A stretch of 64,000 bases of DNA, taken from Hormiphora californensis (Eukaryota; Animalia; Ctenophora). Below the pieces are notes generated by a model that saw only the letters and a program-made list of their open reading frames with translations, did not search any database and was not told the origin of the DNA. Positions within the stretch are counted from its first letter, which is position 1; every line of letters starts with the position of its first letter. The position numbers were made by a program, and so were the translations under genes. Location of the stretch: the NCBI GenBank assembly GCA_020137815.1, contig CM035360.1:124001-188000 (forward strand), in the 5' to 3' direction. Shown here one piece after another: positions 27,929 to 41,643 of this stretch.

Positions 27929-30900
27929 CTCTCTCTCTGCCTCTCTCTCTCTCCCTCCCTGCTTGGCAGCAGATGCTCTAAAGCATGCTTGATAGGGAAC
28001 AGCAGGCACGTCTATACAATTTGTCTGTCTGTTGGTGTGTAAAACTCTCTCAAACAAACTGTTACATACATGATGGAAGATGACGTAAATTTAGGCTAAT
28101 TATAATATGATCGACAGAAAAACAAAATACTTTTTACAAAATCGAGATAAATGTGGGTGTTTGATACCTGTTGCGAGATGGAGGGGAGTATGAAATTCAT
28201 CATCCATAGTTGTCGTATCAGAGTTAAATTCAAGGAGTGCTTTGGCAACCTCTTCCGACCCAGCTATACACGCCAAGTGAAGGGCTGTGTGGGAATCACT
28301 GTCCTTAGCTTTCGTCAACTCTCTGAGTATAACACTTATCAATTAGGTACAATTATCAGTGAATTGAATGGAAAATGGAAAAGTATGGGTATCTATTCAT
28401 CATAATAGGGGATGTGAAAGCGAATAGTTTCGGGATATGTTACAGTTTTCTCCAGCCCGGACTTACAACTTGTATTTGCAGAGAAGTCGTGCACATTTTC
28501 CATTGTGATTCTTAGCACACCAGTGAAGAGCGGTCTGGCCGTTATAATCCTTAGTGGTCGCATGTATCTAGAGGTAACTCTAGTTAGTTCCTTGGTAATC
28601 TAATAAATTTCATCAATTCATCTTATTAGTGACAGCAAACTAAAGGTAACCACAGTTATCTTACATTTTTGGAAAGTAGAGTCTTCACAGTTTGATCGTT
28701 TTCGTTTCGGCAGGCAAGCATGAGGGGGGTCTTTCCTGTGTCATCCGTTGTCTAAAATAGGGAAATATAATAATTTAGACATTTACATAGAGTGATTACT
28801 TATTAAACTAATAAACAGGTTTATACAACTGGAATACAACTTAAAGCCCCGAATATGTATTCTTAACCCTTTGACGGCGACAGAGCATATATGCTACAGT
28901 CTATTCTAGGCGGCCTGGAAGTCCTTATATTATATCTAGGTGGCCCATATTTTGTCACAAGCTAGTTTTAGGGATTATGAACCTAACACTACGTCCAGAT
29001 CAGCTCAGAAAATCAAGAAAAAAAATTTATAACCCTTCTAAGGAGGCTAATTTCAGCCTTTTTTTAAAAACATTTCTTATTTTTTTGTTTTTTGGGGGCA
29101 CAACTAATCCTTTGAAGGAATAAAAGTACTTGACATAACCTACCGAATGCAAAAAACCGCATCAAAAAATATTGAAAATTGAATGAGTTATTAACATTTT
29201 AGTCGCCGTATCATATATGATACTATCGCCCGTAAGGGAATTCTAGTAACAAATCTAAATTGTACAAGTTTGTGGGTGCTATGGCATAAATTTATACTTT
29301 CATGAGGTTTGTAGCTACAAGTTCTACAATCGTGAACGGTTTTTACCTGGAAAAGAACCCAAATTGAGGGTTTTCATAATTATACTATTTTGCCCCCCGG
29401 GGTAAATTCTCCTAAAACATTTCCCTAATTCGGGGCCAAAAAAGGGCTTAAAAACAAAACCTGGGCACCCAAAATTTTTAGAATCTTAGTGGGGTAAGGC
29501 ACAATTTTTGGGTTCCCCCCTCTTTCCCAAAAATGGGTAAATGGGGAAAACCAATCCTTGGGAAAAAAATTTGGAAAAAACTTTTTTTTACTTAAATTTC
29601 CGTCCCGCGCTTTTAATTTTTTGGGAAACTTTGGGGCCCGGGGAAAAGGGGTTTTTGGGGACCAAAGGGGGCCACTAAAATGTGGGGGAATCCTTTGCCC
29701 TTAGGGGGGGAGAGCACATATTTGGTCGGGTACCTGGGTCCCTAATTGAAATTGGGGGGGAATTTTTGGGTTTTAATTACTTTCCCTGGAGCGCTAATAA
29801 AAAACTTTACAAAGAACAAAACAAGGGGGGGGGCACTAAAAAGTGTAAAATCCCTCGGGCCTTTTGGGGGATGAGCACATCGCTGGTTTCTATTCCCACC
29901 CCCCAAATGAATAATTTGGGTTAATTAGTAATTGACGGGTTGCACACCGCCACTTTTCAACCAAACCCCGTGGTTTCTAGGTAACCTGAGCTCCCTTTTT
30001 CTCAATCCCAAAGGTTTTTCTGACATCCCCCCAACATCCCTAAACCCCCATAACCGTGTGTCCAAAAAAAATTGGGAAACTTTAGTTTCATTAGAGTTGA
30101 AAAGTGTTGTAGGGGTCAATAGGAAAAAAAAAAATTTTTTAGGTTTAGTTGAAACTTGGTTTTAGGGGAAAGGGTTTAGTTCAGGGGAAGAGGATTTTTA
30201 TGAGCTGAAGACCCTATCTAGGGTTGAATCGAGTGCTATCCCTTTTTTGTTTAACCAGTTCCCAAAAGGGGATACAAAATGGGGTTAGGGAGGGCATAAG
30301 AAACCTTTTTTGAGCAAAAGCTCAGGGTTACCTAAAAAAACCCCGGGATTTTTGGGGAAAAGTGCCGGGGTGCAACCGTAATTAAACCCAATTTCCAATT
30401 ATCTCAAATTTGGGGGGGGGAAAGAAACTCATAAATTTTCCCCATCCCCACCCAAGGCGAGATTTTTTCACATTTTAGTGCCCCCCCCTTGTCTGTTACT
30501 CCCTAAAGTTTTTTTTATTTGCGTCCAGGGCAAGTAATTTGGGGTTAAAATTTTCCCATTATCTCAATTGATTTCCCCCTGCCCCCAAAAATGTGCTCTT
30601 CCCCCCCCTAATGCGATGAAATTCACCATTTTGGTCCTTGATTTTTCTCTTAAAAAAATTTCCCTTTTTTTTCCCCAATTATGGGTGTTTTTAAGGAGAA
30701 TTTAACCCCTTTGGAAAATAGTATCATATATTTCAATATTTTAATTTGGTTTTCTTTTCCCCGGTAAAAAACCCCCTTCCAATTATTTGTTGAACTTGGG
30801 GGCCCCCCCAAAACCTTTTAAAAGAAAAAGCCCCCCTCCAAAATTTTTTGCCATAAACACCCACAAAAATTGTACAAATTTTGATTTTTTACTAAAAATT

Positions 30901-32030
30901 CCCCCCCCTTCCGGGGCATGGTTTTCAATATATGCTACAGTTTGGGCCCCAGCAAAAACTACAAAGTTTGGAATTTCCAAAAATTCCCTTTTGAGGGCTT
31001 TTTTTTTTGATAATATCCTTCTTTAAAAAACAAAATTTGAAAAATTTTTATCGACCCCAAACCTTCCGCCGTCAAAGGGTTAATGTCCCATTTTAACCCC
31101 CCCCCTTCCCCTAAATTAGCGAGTGCATCCCCCAAAACCGGGCATGGGGACACCCCCAAAAGCCTCTGGCCTCGCTGCAACATGAGAAACAGACCGGCCA
31201 TCCTTATCCTTGATTTTAGGATCGCCCTTCACAATCCAATAGGGTGATGAGCGCTTGGGCCTGCGAGAGATTTGGAGTTTAATATTAGTAAGAAGATCAA
31301 AATTTAAAAAAGTTACCCGTTTACCATTTTCCCGTTTAGTACCTTATCGAAATTCCAGCTTTCAAAAAAGGGGTGCCCTTCGGCCCCTTTTTTTGGGTTT
31401 AATAATGTTTGGGTTTGGGCCCCCCGCATTGATAAAACCCCCACAAAAGTCGTGTTGCCACTTAGCACCCCGGCCCGCACCCTCCCCCTTAACCCCTTTT
31501 CCCCGTTTGGTGGTTTTCCCCCCCCCTGAAAGGGTTTCCGTTATTATTTTCGGGTTTTTACTTAGTGTTTTAAACCATTTTAATTTTTAGGAAAAACAGG
31601 TGACCAAAAAGCTTCCCAAAATTTCCCTCTTTTTGGGAGGCCCCCGCAAAACCCACCCCCGCCCCACCCCCCCCCCGAATTTTTATTCAATTCCTGCAAT
31701 ACCAACGGGTCCCTTGAGCTTTCATCCCAAAAGGGGTTTTTATGGCACCCTGATTTTTCAAACAGCTCCATAGCTCGTTTTTATCCCTACTCCCAACGAC
31801 CAAATTAGGCACACCTTTCCCGCCGGGCAACCCTTTGTCGAGGGGGCACCCCTTGGGTGAGGGGCCTCTTGGACCTTGAAAGTGTTGGGCCGGTTCAAGT
31901 TTTCTTTTTGCTCCGGGAAACCCCCAGCAACATCAGGCTGAGGCCATTTGGGCCGGGCCTTCTTATCTCAACCTTTCCAAAGGATAGGATGGTGTCTAGG
32001 GTGGAGAAGGGCCCCTTTTGCCCCCCCCTG
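25507..32030 (-). CDS. Inversin-like ankyrin-repeat + IQ-motif protein
   Basis: Eight phase-perfect exons: 28665-28751, 28467-28567, 28168-28322, 27379-27521, 26731-27194, 26411-26544, 25916-26076 and 25507-25670. They carry ankyrin motifs (GKTPLMLAC, GQTALHWCA, GRTGLHMAA, GRTPLMYAA) and end YLTPLDYAL...ANRIRIAWRRFRRRK, like the inversin ank-to-IQ junction. Noisy upstream ankyrin exons at ~31130-31255 and ~31810-32030. Confidence 0.85.
26264..26372 (+). mobile_element. 109-bp hAT-type MITE, copy 1
   Basis: TIRs CAGGAACCGA.CGAA / TTCGGTCGGTTCCTG; 8-bp TSD aaaggaag at 26256-26263 and 26373-26380. Confidence 0.9.
26585..26690 (+). repeat. 18-bp intronic minisatellite (aagactttaatcctcaca) x6
   Basis: Direct tandem copies. 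Confidence 0.9.
28867..31079. mobile_element. Non-autonomous piggyBac-type element with nested ~1-kb foldback (~29660-30640)
   Basis: TTAA|CCCTTTGACGGCG...CGCCGTCAAAGGG|TTAA. The interior has noisy inverted arms (caagggggggggcactaaaaagtg / cacattttagtgccccccccttg); no transposase ORF. Confidence 0.8.
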
Positions 32031-33753
32031 TAGAGTTCAAAGGGGGGGTCCCCTCCCCACCCCCCCTTATTTGGGGGGGCCATTCTATAGCAAGGAATAA
32101 GGGGTTAAAGAGGTCACCAGAAATAATAAACCTTCTGCCTGGCGGGCCAATACGATGACCGATCGGCGCCCCTGAAAATCAAAAAGGGTATCTGGGCGAC
32201 CAAAAATTAAAATTTTTAAAAGTAGCATAACTTTCATACGGTAAACAGCATAGTACATCTCTACACACGGTACAAAAAACGAAGAAGTGATTTTTAAATT
32301 TTGAAAAAAACTCCAAATTTTGGGGACGAATTCTGATTTGGGAAAATTTAGATTTTTTTAAAACCCGCCCGCTTTTTTTTTTAAAAAGGATGGCGGTGTT
32401 GTAATTGCGCGTACCAAAACTGATAGAAAGCTGAAATTACCCCAACAAACCAGTGGTCACCATTTGTAGACCCCTTATGCTCCCGGTTTTCATTTGGATG
32501 TATTTTCGTTAAATAGGAAACTTTTTTGGCTTTTTTATTTCCTAGGCCCCGGTTCTGCAAGTCAAATTTCTTTCGTGCTGAAAATTTGAAAATTTAACAT
32601 CCCGCGACCCCGCGCTCTCCCTCACCGCGCACAATCATACCAAAGAGGCTGTGTTATTCTGGATTTATGTGCAGTATATTGTGATGTGCAGCAGCAGCAG
32701 GCCACACGGCGGTAATAAAGGTGAAACACAAAACAATCTTATCTCCTGTTGAAACGATGTTTACTAATAAATTCGGGGGGAAAAACTAAAAAAAAACAAC
32801 GGTGGAAAAAGGCCCCTTTCAATTTTTAACTTTTAGAAATTGCCGTTTGCAGTGTTCGAATTAAGAAAATACATTGCCACCCATTATCCCACACTGTCTT
32901 GCTGAACAAACATTGTCTCTGTATTTCATATCACATTCATTTCATATCACGCTCGTGGTCGGGTTCAGTTGCACCTGGTAAAGGAGATGGAAATAATATG
33001 GAAGAAGAATTGGCAGGAGGGAAATGGGGGTTTTTGACTTTGGGAGGAAAAAACTGCAAAGGGCGGGAGAAAAAAAAACGATAACCCTGATACAGGATAT
33101 GATAAAAAATTAAATTAAATAGGTTTGGGGGTTTTCTACAGCTTTTTTTGTTGGCGGCGTTGTAAAGGGGCTTTACCCCAGTAGGGAAAAAAAAAAAAAA
33201 AAGGGGAAGAGGGGGGATGAAAGGGAAGAGAGAATAGAAAGAAAATAAGGGGGAAGGGGGGGAAAGGAACCGGGGGAAACCCTTTTTCCCACCCGCACCC
33301 CCCCTTTTTTTTCCCGAAAAATTTTCCCCTTCCCGGGGGGGGGGGGGGCCCCTTTTACAAAAAAAGGGCCCCCCCCCTTTTTTACAAAAAAAGATTAGGT
33401 TAGAAGGAAAAAATGTGCCCGAATTTGAGCCTTTAATACACAAATTTTTTTTGTGAAAAATAAATATCCTGACAAGGAGGGGGGAAAAAGAGAGAGAGAG
33501 AAGGGGGGCGGAGGGAGGAGGAAGGGGGAGGGGAAGGGGGAAGAGAAACCAGGAACTCCAAGGATTTCTAAGTGGGAAGTGTGGATTGGGGTTTTAAAAG
33601 CTGGGGAAAACCCCCCAAAACCACTTTTTTTCCTTCCATTTGTTTCTTTCTTTTTCCATTTACCCCTTTATTAACACACGTTTTGGGGGTTTTGGGGGGG
33701 TAAATTTTTATTTTAAAAGGGCAAAAAGAAGAGGGAGATAGGAAGGAGAAAAG

Positions 33754-33791
<38 letters not shown>

Positions 33792-34250
33792 GAGAAAAAG
33801 AGAAGAGAAAGAAAAAGGGGCTTGAATGCTTGATTTGAATATTCATCTCCATTCCCCTGTCCCTCTTTTTACAAAACCAAAATAAACAGTTTGGTGTTGT
33901 CATAAGGGCGTGCTGACACTCACAACATGCTCAATTTTAGCTAATCACCCCCCGGGGTTGGGGGCCCCTTTTTAAAGGGGGTTTAAACTGCTTACAACTA
34001 CCGGTGATCCCCCTTCAAACCCCATAATTACTGCTAAACTGGCAAGTTTCCGACGCACAAATAAAACATCACACGCCACTCAGGGGGGTGACAACTTCAA
34101 AAAAAAAAAACCCCCGAACTGAAACGAAAGTCTTATAATTCGATTATTTTCCCTTTATTTTTTACTAAAAGCGGTGGGAGGGCCAATCCCCCCTAATGTA
34201 GGGGTATTTGGGGTTTTGTTTTTTCTAAAATGCACCTCAATTAGATTATA
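29340..34250. other. Low-accuracy sequence (homopolymer-inflated)
   Basis: Pervasive long A/T/G/C runs; recognisable ankyrin exons are broken by errors here. Confidence 0.85.
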
Positions 34251-34601
34251 GGTACGCCAGGTGTGTGTGTCCCTAGATCTTTACAATGAGCATCTGTGGA
34301 CATTGTGTGTGAGAGTGAGAGAGAAGGAAGAGAGAGAAGAAAGGGGAAAGGAAAGGAAAGGAGGGAAAAAAGAGAAGAGGAGGGAAAAAGGAGGAGGAGG
34401 AGAGAGCGGAGAGGGAGAGAGAGATCATTATCTATTGAATATAAGAAGGGATGACACAAGAAGAAGAGCGGTAAATTATAGTGACACTGGAATTGTGCAA
34501 GTTTCAATGCATTTGATTATGTAACAGATGTGTGAGCGTACAATCTACAATAATATCTCTCTGTCTCTCTCTCTCCCATTTTCTCTTTCACTCTCTCTCC
34601 C

Positions 34602-35215
34602 TCACTAAAATCTCCAGCCATACACATATAATGTAATCTTCGATGTGAAACCCCATTTCGATGTGAAACTGAATCATTACCCCATTTCATTATCATGATT
34701 ACAAAGTCCCTCTGATTCCCAAACTCTGTCTATAATATGATGGGTATGATGCTTCATTGCAACTTATTATCGTTCTCTCCTCGTGATTCTCTCACTCCCT
34801 CTCACTCCCTCCCTATCTATCTCTCTTTGCCTCTCTCTATCTCTCTCACTCCCTCTCACTCCCTCCCTATCTATCTCTCTTTATCTCTCTCTATCTCTCT
34901 CACTCACTCTCTCCCTCACGTCACTAAAATCTCCAGCCATACACATATAATGTAATGTTCGATGTGAAACTGAATCATTACCCCATTTCATTATCATGAT
35001 TACAAAGTCCCTCTGATTCCCAAACTCTGTCTATAATATGATGGGTATGATGCTTCATTGCAACTTATTATCGTTCTCTCCTCGTGATTCTCTCACTCCC
35101 TCTCACTCCCTCCCTATCTATCTCTCACTCCCTCTCACTCCCTCCCTATCTATCTCTCACTCCCTCTCACTCCCTCCCTATCTATCTCTCTTTCCCTCTC
35201 TCTATCTCTCTCACT
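34602..35215 (+). repeat. ~300-bp tandem duplication
   Basis: Identical ORF starts at 34737 and 35038; tcactaaaatctccagccatacac at ~34602 and ~34921. Confidence 0.85.
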
Positions 35216-35354
35216 CGCTCTCTTCCATTGAATATTATGCAACACTGCGAATTATGTACTGAATGTGTATGTGATATCTTCTACAAGGCAGCAGATAGAG
35301 GAGCTTAGAGAAAGAGAGGCAGGCAGGGAGAGAAAGAGAGAGAGAGAGAGAGAG

Positions 35355-35399
<45 letters not shown>

Positions 35400-35789
35400 T
35401 AGGACACAAAGGGAAAATAGGAATGTTATACTCCTGGCATTTTGCCCTGTCATAAACCCGATGTGCTGCTGCAGTAGCAATCTTGAGACACAGGGAGAAA
35501 CGGGAGAAAGAGAGAGTGTTTGAGAGAAAGAGAGTGTGAGAGGAAGAGAGAAAAAGTGAGAGAAAGGGAGGTGTAGGTTTAAAAAAAGGAAGAAGTCGAG
35601 AGGGAGGGCAAATAGACATGTAGATTACTTTAGAGAAAGAAAATAAAGGATAATCGCATGCTGCTTGACAGTGAAACAAGACACGATTAGAGCATGATTT
35701 GTCATGATGTGGAATAAAAAAGACACGAAAAATATAAGTTACAGATTTAAAATTACTGAAATTATTTGAAAAGATGTTTCTTACTTTCT

Positions 35790-36450
35790 TCATGATCCAT
35801 GCTTCTTCTTGTTACGGTGTGACGTTCTGGGTATGTGCACCTTGGAATATCGAATTCTCAGTGCCATCAATTTACCTGGAGAGGATAAAATTATTAGTTT
35901 TAATAAAATAAATAACGATATAATGGTAATAAATCAATAAAGAGCCTTCAAATTTAGTTAAACTCTGAGGAACTAAAAACCAACCTTCGAGCGACACTTT
36001 TTCTCTGCCAGAGCATTCACGAAGTGTCAGTGGCAGGTTTCTCATAAGGAACGGTCTCACAAACTGCTCAGATTCTGTTATCTCATTTCTTGGTATCGGT
36101 CGTTCCTCGAACACAGACTGAGGTAAACTGAAATCTGCAATAGTCTGCAACTCTCTCTCTTCTTTGGTGACATCCTGTTCAAGGCACCGTCTCTTATTGC
36201 ACCCGCCCTGCTCACTGCCACTTGAGGACGTTGAAAGCCGTTTGAGGGACACACTCAACCTTTTTGGTCGGAGATTTTCTTTGTTCGTGTCGTGAAGTAC
36301 TAGGCAGGTGGTTCTGGGTGACACCCGAAGGTGCCGTCGTGATCTTCGCACTGAGACACCCGTGATGGCAGGTGTGGAATGCACTCTGGCACGGAGGAGG
36401 CGTCGGAGGAAATCAGATCCAGCGGTGTAAATGTTACTAAGAAATTGTAA
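35790..36450 (-). CDS. Basic disordered protein fragment with a KEN-box-like motif
   Basis: 170-aa ORF (RRSRR, DTNKENLRP, KRR), donor GAA G|gttggt near 35985 and acceptor near 35875. The 5' part is broken. Confidence 0.4.
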
Positions 36451-37570
36451 CTTGTCTATCTTGTTTGTCTGGTCATCTATTTACATTAACATCTACACGT
36501 GCATATTAAGGGGTTGTTATGGTTGGTGGGCAAGGGGATTGATGGGAAGATTTGGTGGACACTGCACGTGCGAATTGTTGGGTGGTGTTTTCCTGCTGAC
36601 TCAGTGGCATTTATTGAGTGTTCTAGTTTCTACGTTTCTTATCACAACATGATCACGCAGCATGGCAAGGATTATTCTACTACGGAAAGCGCTACTCTAT
36701 TCGCCCATCCGTAGGTATGGCGGTTTTGCTAGTAATTACAAAACAAAATCATTGATCTACAGCGTTTTCTAAAACAGAGATAGCGCATCTCGCTGCCCGC
36801 ACCGCACATGTTAAAAGCCTTTTTATTTGAATATGTGCAGCAATGATGACAATTTATTGGCTAGGATTCTGTTGGTATTAGGAGAATAGGAGGGGTATTG
36901 CAGCATATTTAATCATGTACGCAGAATATTTAAAAGCTGTCGCTCGAATCGACCATCTCGTGAATTTCGAACTTTTGTGAAATTTCTCCGAGCGAGTGAG
37001 ATTTGAGTTCATGAAATTTCATTTTCTTCGTGAAATATCACAGCGCGCACTATTCTTGTTTAAATGCGCGGCTTTATAATTGCGCGTGTCATTTCCGGTA
37101 AATTTGTGTCAGTGACATTGGTAGAGCTTCCGGAAGTAGAATGTACTGAATTCATCCAAAATATATTGACAAGATCAAGAACACTCCTCTATCAAGCCTT
37201 CTCCTTGAAATAAAAGTGGTACAAATTGCAAAACGGCGTTGTTTTTTGAGGAGCCTTGGTCTCAACTTCAAGACTCTCAAATTTGCAAGTTATCAAATCA
37301 GTACAAAATTAAACATAAAAACGTCGCATCGTGCCCATAACATATCAGATATCTCTCACTGCAACTGCAGCACCAATAATTGTCTCACAGTGACAAGGCC
37401 CCATATGCCATTTGAACTGTGTCATGGTACTGGTAGTACCATTGGTACAATTCAAGACATGTGTCACTGTCAGGGCGAATCCTTTGTCCCATTCCCAACT
37501 CTATAGAGTTACTTATATTAGTAATATGTCCCCTATTATACATCTCAACTTCACACGTCCCTAATTATGT

Positions 37571-38375
37571 TCAGGTGACAGAATCAGGCATGATGTGAAC
37601 TTCTGATAAATCCACTGCCTTTGCTCCACCGTTCATGTGTTGTTGTTGTTGTTCACCTTCGCCAGGCTGGGGAGAGAGAAAAGAGTGTTAAATATTTGGA
37701 GGGTTTCTAAAACTGACTTGGATTAGAATTTAAATCTTCACTTATTATATTCATAGCACAAATGCAAACAATTATTACAATTAATGCACAGTCAACTGAA
37801 TTTGGGAAACATGTTTCTTAATCTTGAAACCATTAAATATTTTCTCCGTCACGTGTGATCACACCAAATTTTAGAGAATGCTTTCTGGCGTACAATCAGC
37901 AGCGCATCTTTCTTAGAATTTTGAAATCAAGACTTGCAACATAGCAATGCGATCCGTAAATAAATGTTCAAAACACGCCCAAATCAGGGGCGTCATCCCA
38001 CTGAAGTGAGCGTAATTTGAACGTTTTCCACGGATCGCTATTTTATAGATCAGCGGATCACTTCACTGCTTGTCTCACCTTTATAACTCGGCTATTGACC
38101 ATGGCCTGGGTGTTGGGTGGAGAGATAGATAGGGAGATAGGGAGAGGGAAGGGAAACAAAATAGAAAGAAGAGCTGTCTCAATGTTTCATGCGGGCTTTT
38201 TAGATATGTCTTGATGTCATGCAAAGAAAAGAACAGATCACGTCTCCCTGATCCCTTTTGGCACAGCTCTATCTCACTTCAACTATGAACTCCTGCTTCT
38301 TACGTCATTGGCACGCCCTTCCAATCTCGATATTGAGATTCTCAAAGTATTCTCAATCACCACGTACAACTCAAA
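37571..38375 (-). CDS. Three orphan 3'-terminal exons (possibly the displaced 3' end of the formin)
   Basis: Exons 38278-38375 (98 nt, one base short of phase 0), 38079-38105 (AMVNSRVIK) and 37571-37666 (PGEGEQ...DSVT*), all with canonical splice sites. Confidence 0.55.
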
Positions 38376-38523
38376 CTGTATTGTACAATTGCACCATCAC
38401 ACACTACACTTGAGTTTCACAACATTCCGAACTGTCTCATAAAGAAGTAACACGCGGGGGGATGCAAACACGATCATGAATTGAAACACAGTGTTGTGTT
38501 ACCGTATGCGAAGGGATAGTAGA

Positions 38524-38990
38524 GGGGATAGATACCATGGTGGCTACTTTCTGAACGATTACATTATGGGAGGAGGGGATAGATACCATGGTGGCTACTT
38601 TCTGAACGATTACATTATGGGAGGAGGGGATAGATACCATGGTGGCTACTTTCTGAACGATTACATTATGGGAGGGGATAGATACCATGGTGGCTACTTT
38701 CTGAACGGTTACATTATGGGAGGGGATAGATACCATGGTGGCTACTTTCTGAACGGTTACATTATGGGAGGGGATAGATACCATGGTGGCTACTTTCTGA
38801 ACGATTACATTATGCGAGGGGATAGATACCATGGTGGCTACTTTCTGAACGATTACATTATGGGAGGAGGGGAGGGAGACCATGGTGGCTACTTTCTGAA
38901 CGATTACATTATGGGAGGGGATAGATACCATGGTGGCTACTTTCTGAACGATTACATTATGGGAGGAGGGGATAGATACCATGGTGGCTA
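38524..38990 (+). repeat. 48/51-bp satellite A, block 1
   Basis: Unit gatagataccatggtggctactttctgaacgattacattatgggaggg, ~10 copies. Confidence 0.95.
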
Positions 38991-41410
38991 TAGTGCCTCT
39001 TCTAATTCAGTTGGACACCTTCTAGACCACATTGCACAGGTACAATAATCGGCATCTTCTAATCCAGTTGGCACTATCTAGACCACATTGCACAGTACAA
39101 TATAGGCATCTTCTAATTCAGTTGGACACCTATCTAGACCACATTGCACAGGTACAATATAGGCATCTTCTTATCCAGTTGGAACCTATCTAGACACATT
39201 GCACAGGTACAATATAGGCATCTTCTAATTCAGTTGGACACCTATCTAGACCACATTGCACAGGTACAATATAGGCATCTTCTAATTCAGTTGGACACCT
39301 ATCTAGACCACATTGCACAGGTACAATATAGGCATCTTCTAATCCAGTTGGACACCTATCTAGACCACATTGCACAGGTACAATATAGGCATCTTCTAAT
39401 CCAGTTGGACACCTATCTAGACCACATTGCACAGGTACAATATAGGCATCTTCTAATTCAGTTGGACACCTATCTAGACCACATTGCACAGGTACAATAT
39501 AGGCATCTTCTAATTCAGTTGGACACCTATCTAGACCACATTGCACAGGTACAATATAGGCATCTTCTAATCCAGTTGGACACCTATCTAGACCACATTG
39601 CACAGGTACAATATAGGCATCTTCTATTCAGTTGACACTATCTGGACCACATTGCACAGGTACAATATAGGCATCTTCTAATCCAGTTGGACACCTATCT
39701 AGACCACATTGCACAGGTACAATATAGGCATCTTCTAATTCAGTTGGACACCTATCTAGACCACATTGCACAGGTACAATATAGGCATCTTCTTATCCAG
39801 TTGGACACCTATCTAGACCACATTGCACAGGTACATTATAGGCATCTTCTAATCCAGTTGGACACCTATCTAACCACATTGCACGTACAATATAGGCCTT
39901 CTTATCAGTTGGACACCTATCTAGACCACATTGCACAGGTACAATATAGGCATCTTCTAATTCAGTTGGACACCTATCTAGACCACATGCACAGGTACAT
40001 ATAGGCATCTTCTAATCCAGTTGGACACCTATCTAGACCACATTGCACAGGTACAATATAGGCATCTTCTAATTCAGTTGGACACCTATCTAGACCACAT
40101 TGCATAGGTACAATATAGGCATCTTCTAATCCAGTTGGACACCTATCTAGACCACATTGCACAGGTACAATATAGGCATCTTCTAATCCAGTTGGACACC
40201 TACTAGACCACATTGAACAGGTACATAAGGCATCTTCTTATCCATTGGACACCTATCTAGACCACATTGCACAGGTACAATATAGGCATCTTCTAATTCA
40301 GTTGGACACCTATCTAGACCACATTGCACAGGTACAATATAGGCATCTTCTTATCCAGTTGGACACCTATCTAGACCACATTGCACGGGTACATATAGGC
40401 ATCTTCTAATTCAGTTGGACACCTATCTAGACCACATTGCACAGGTACAATATAGGCATCTTCTTATCCAGTTGGACACCTATCTAGACCACATTGCACA
40501 GGTACAATATAGGCATCTTCTAATCCAGTTGGACACCTATCTAGACCACATTGCACAGGTACAATATAGGCATCTTTTAATTCAGTTGGACACCTATCTA
40601 GACCACATTGCACAGGTACAATATAGGCATCTTCTAATTCAGTTGGACACCTATCTAGACCACATTGCACAGGTACAATATAGGCATCTTCTAATTCAGT
40701 TGGACACCTATCTAGACCACATTGCACAGGTCAATATAGGCATCTTCTAATCCAGTTGGACACTATCTAGACCACATTGCACAGGTACAATATAGGCATC
40801 TTCTAATTCAGTTGACACCTATCTAGACCACTTGCACAGGTACAATATAGGCATCTTCTAATCAGTTGGACACCTATCTAGACCACATTGCACAGGTACA
40901 ATATAGGCATCTTCTAATTCAGTTGGACACCTATCTAGACCACATGGCACAGGTACACATATAGGCATCTTCTAATCCAGTGGACACCTATCTAGACCAC
41001 ATTGCACAGGTACAATATAGCATCTCTATTCAGTTGGACACCTATCTAGACACATGCACAGGTACAATATAGGCATCTTCTAATTCGTTGGACACCTATC
41101 TAGACCACATTGCACAGGTACAATATAGGCCTTCTAATTCAGTGGACACCTATCTAGACCAAATTGCACAGTCAATATAGGCATCTTCTAATTCAGTTGG
41201 ACACCTATCTAGACACATTGCACAGGTACAATATAGGCATCTTCTAATCCAGTTGGACACCTATCTAGACCAAATTGCACAGGTACAATATAGGCATCTT
41301 CTAATTCAGTTGGACACCTATCTAGACCACATTGCACAGGTACAATATAGGCATCTTCTTATTCAGTTGGACACCTATCTAGACCACATTGCACAGGTAC
41401 AATATAGGCA
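38989..41410 (+). repeat. 57-bp satellite B (~42 copies) = amplified formin exon end + 5' splice site
   Basis: Unit ggcatcttctaattcagttggacacctatctagaccacattgcacag|gtacaatata encodes HLLIQLDTYLDHIAQ|, which joins in phase 0 to exon 41644. Confidence 0.85.
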
Positions 41411-41643
41411 GTGGTTATTGTTATCTAGAGAGGTAGCGTGTCTAGAAAACTGGCTTGCTTCGACATCAAGATGATAGACTTTTTTTCTGTAATTCAAAGA
41501 CAGCCCCAAAGAAGACTTTCTAAATCACAAATCAAACATCTCCGGTCTCCCATTGTTCGATTATAAAAACTTTCTTAAACACGTTGCAGATCTCCGGTCT
41601 CCCTTTAACCTGATTAAAGTAATTAAATAATTATAACAATTAG

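Noticed and set aside
29340-34250. ORFs and G/C-run richness as G-quadruplex or novel genes
   Set aside because: Homopolymer inflation typical of poor base-calling.
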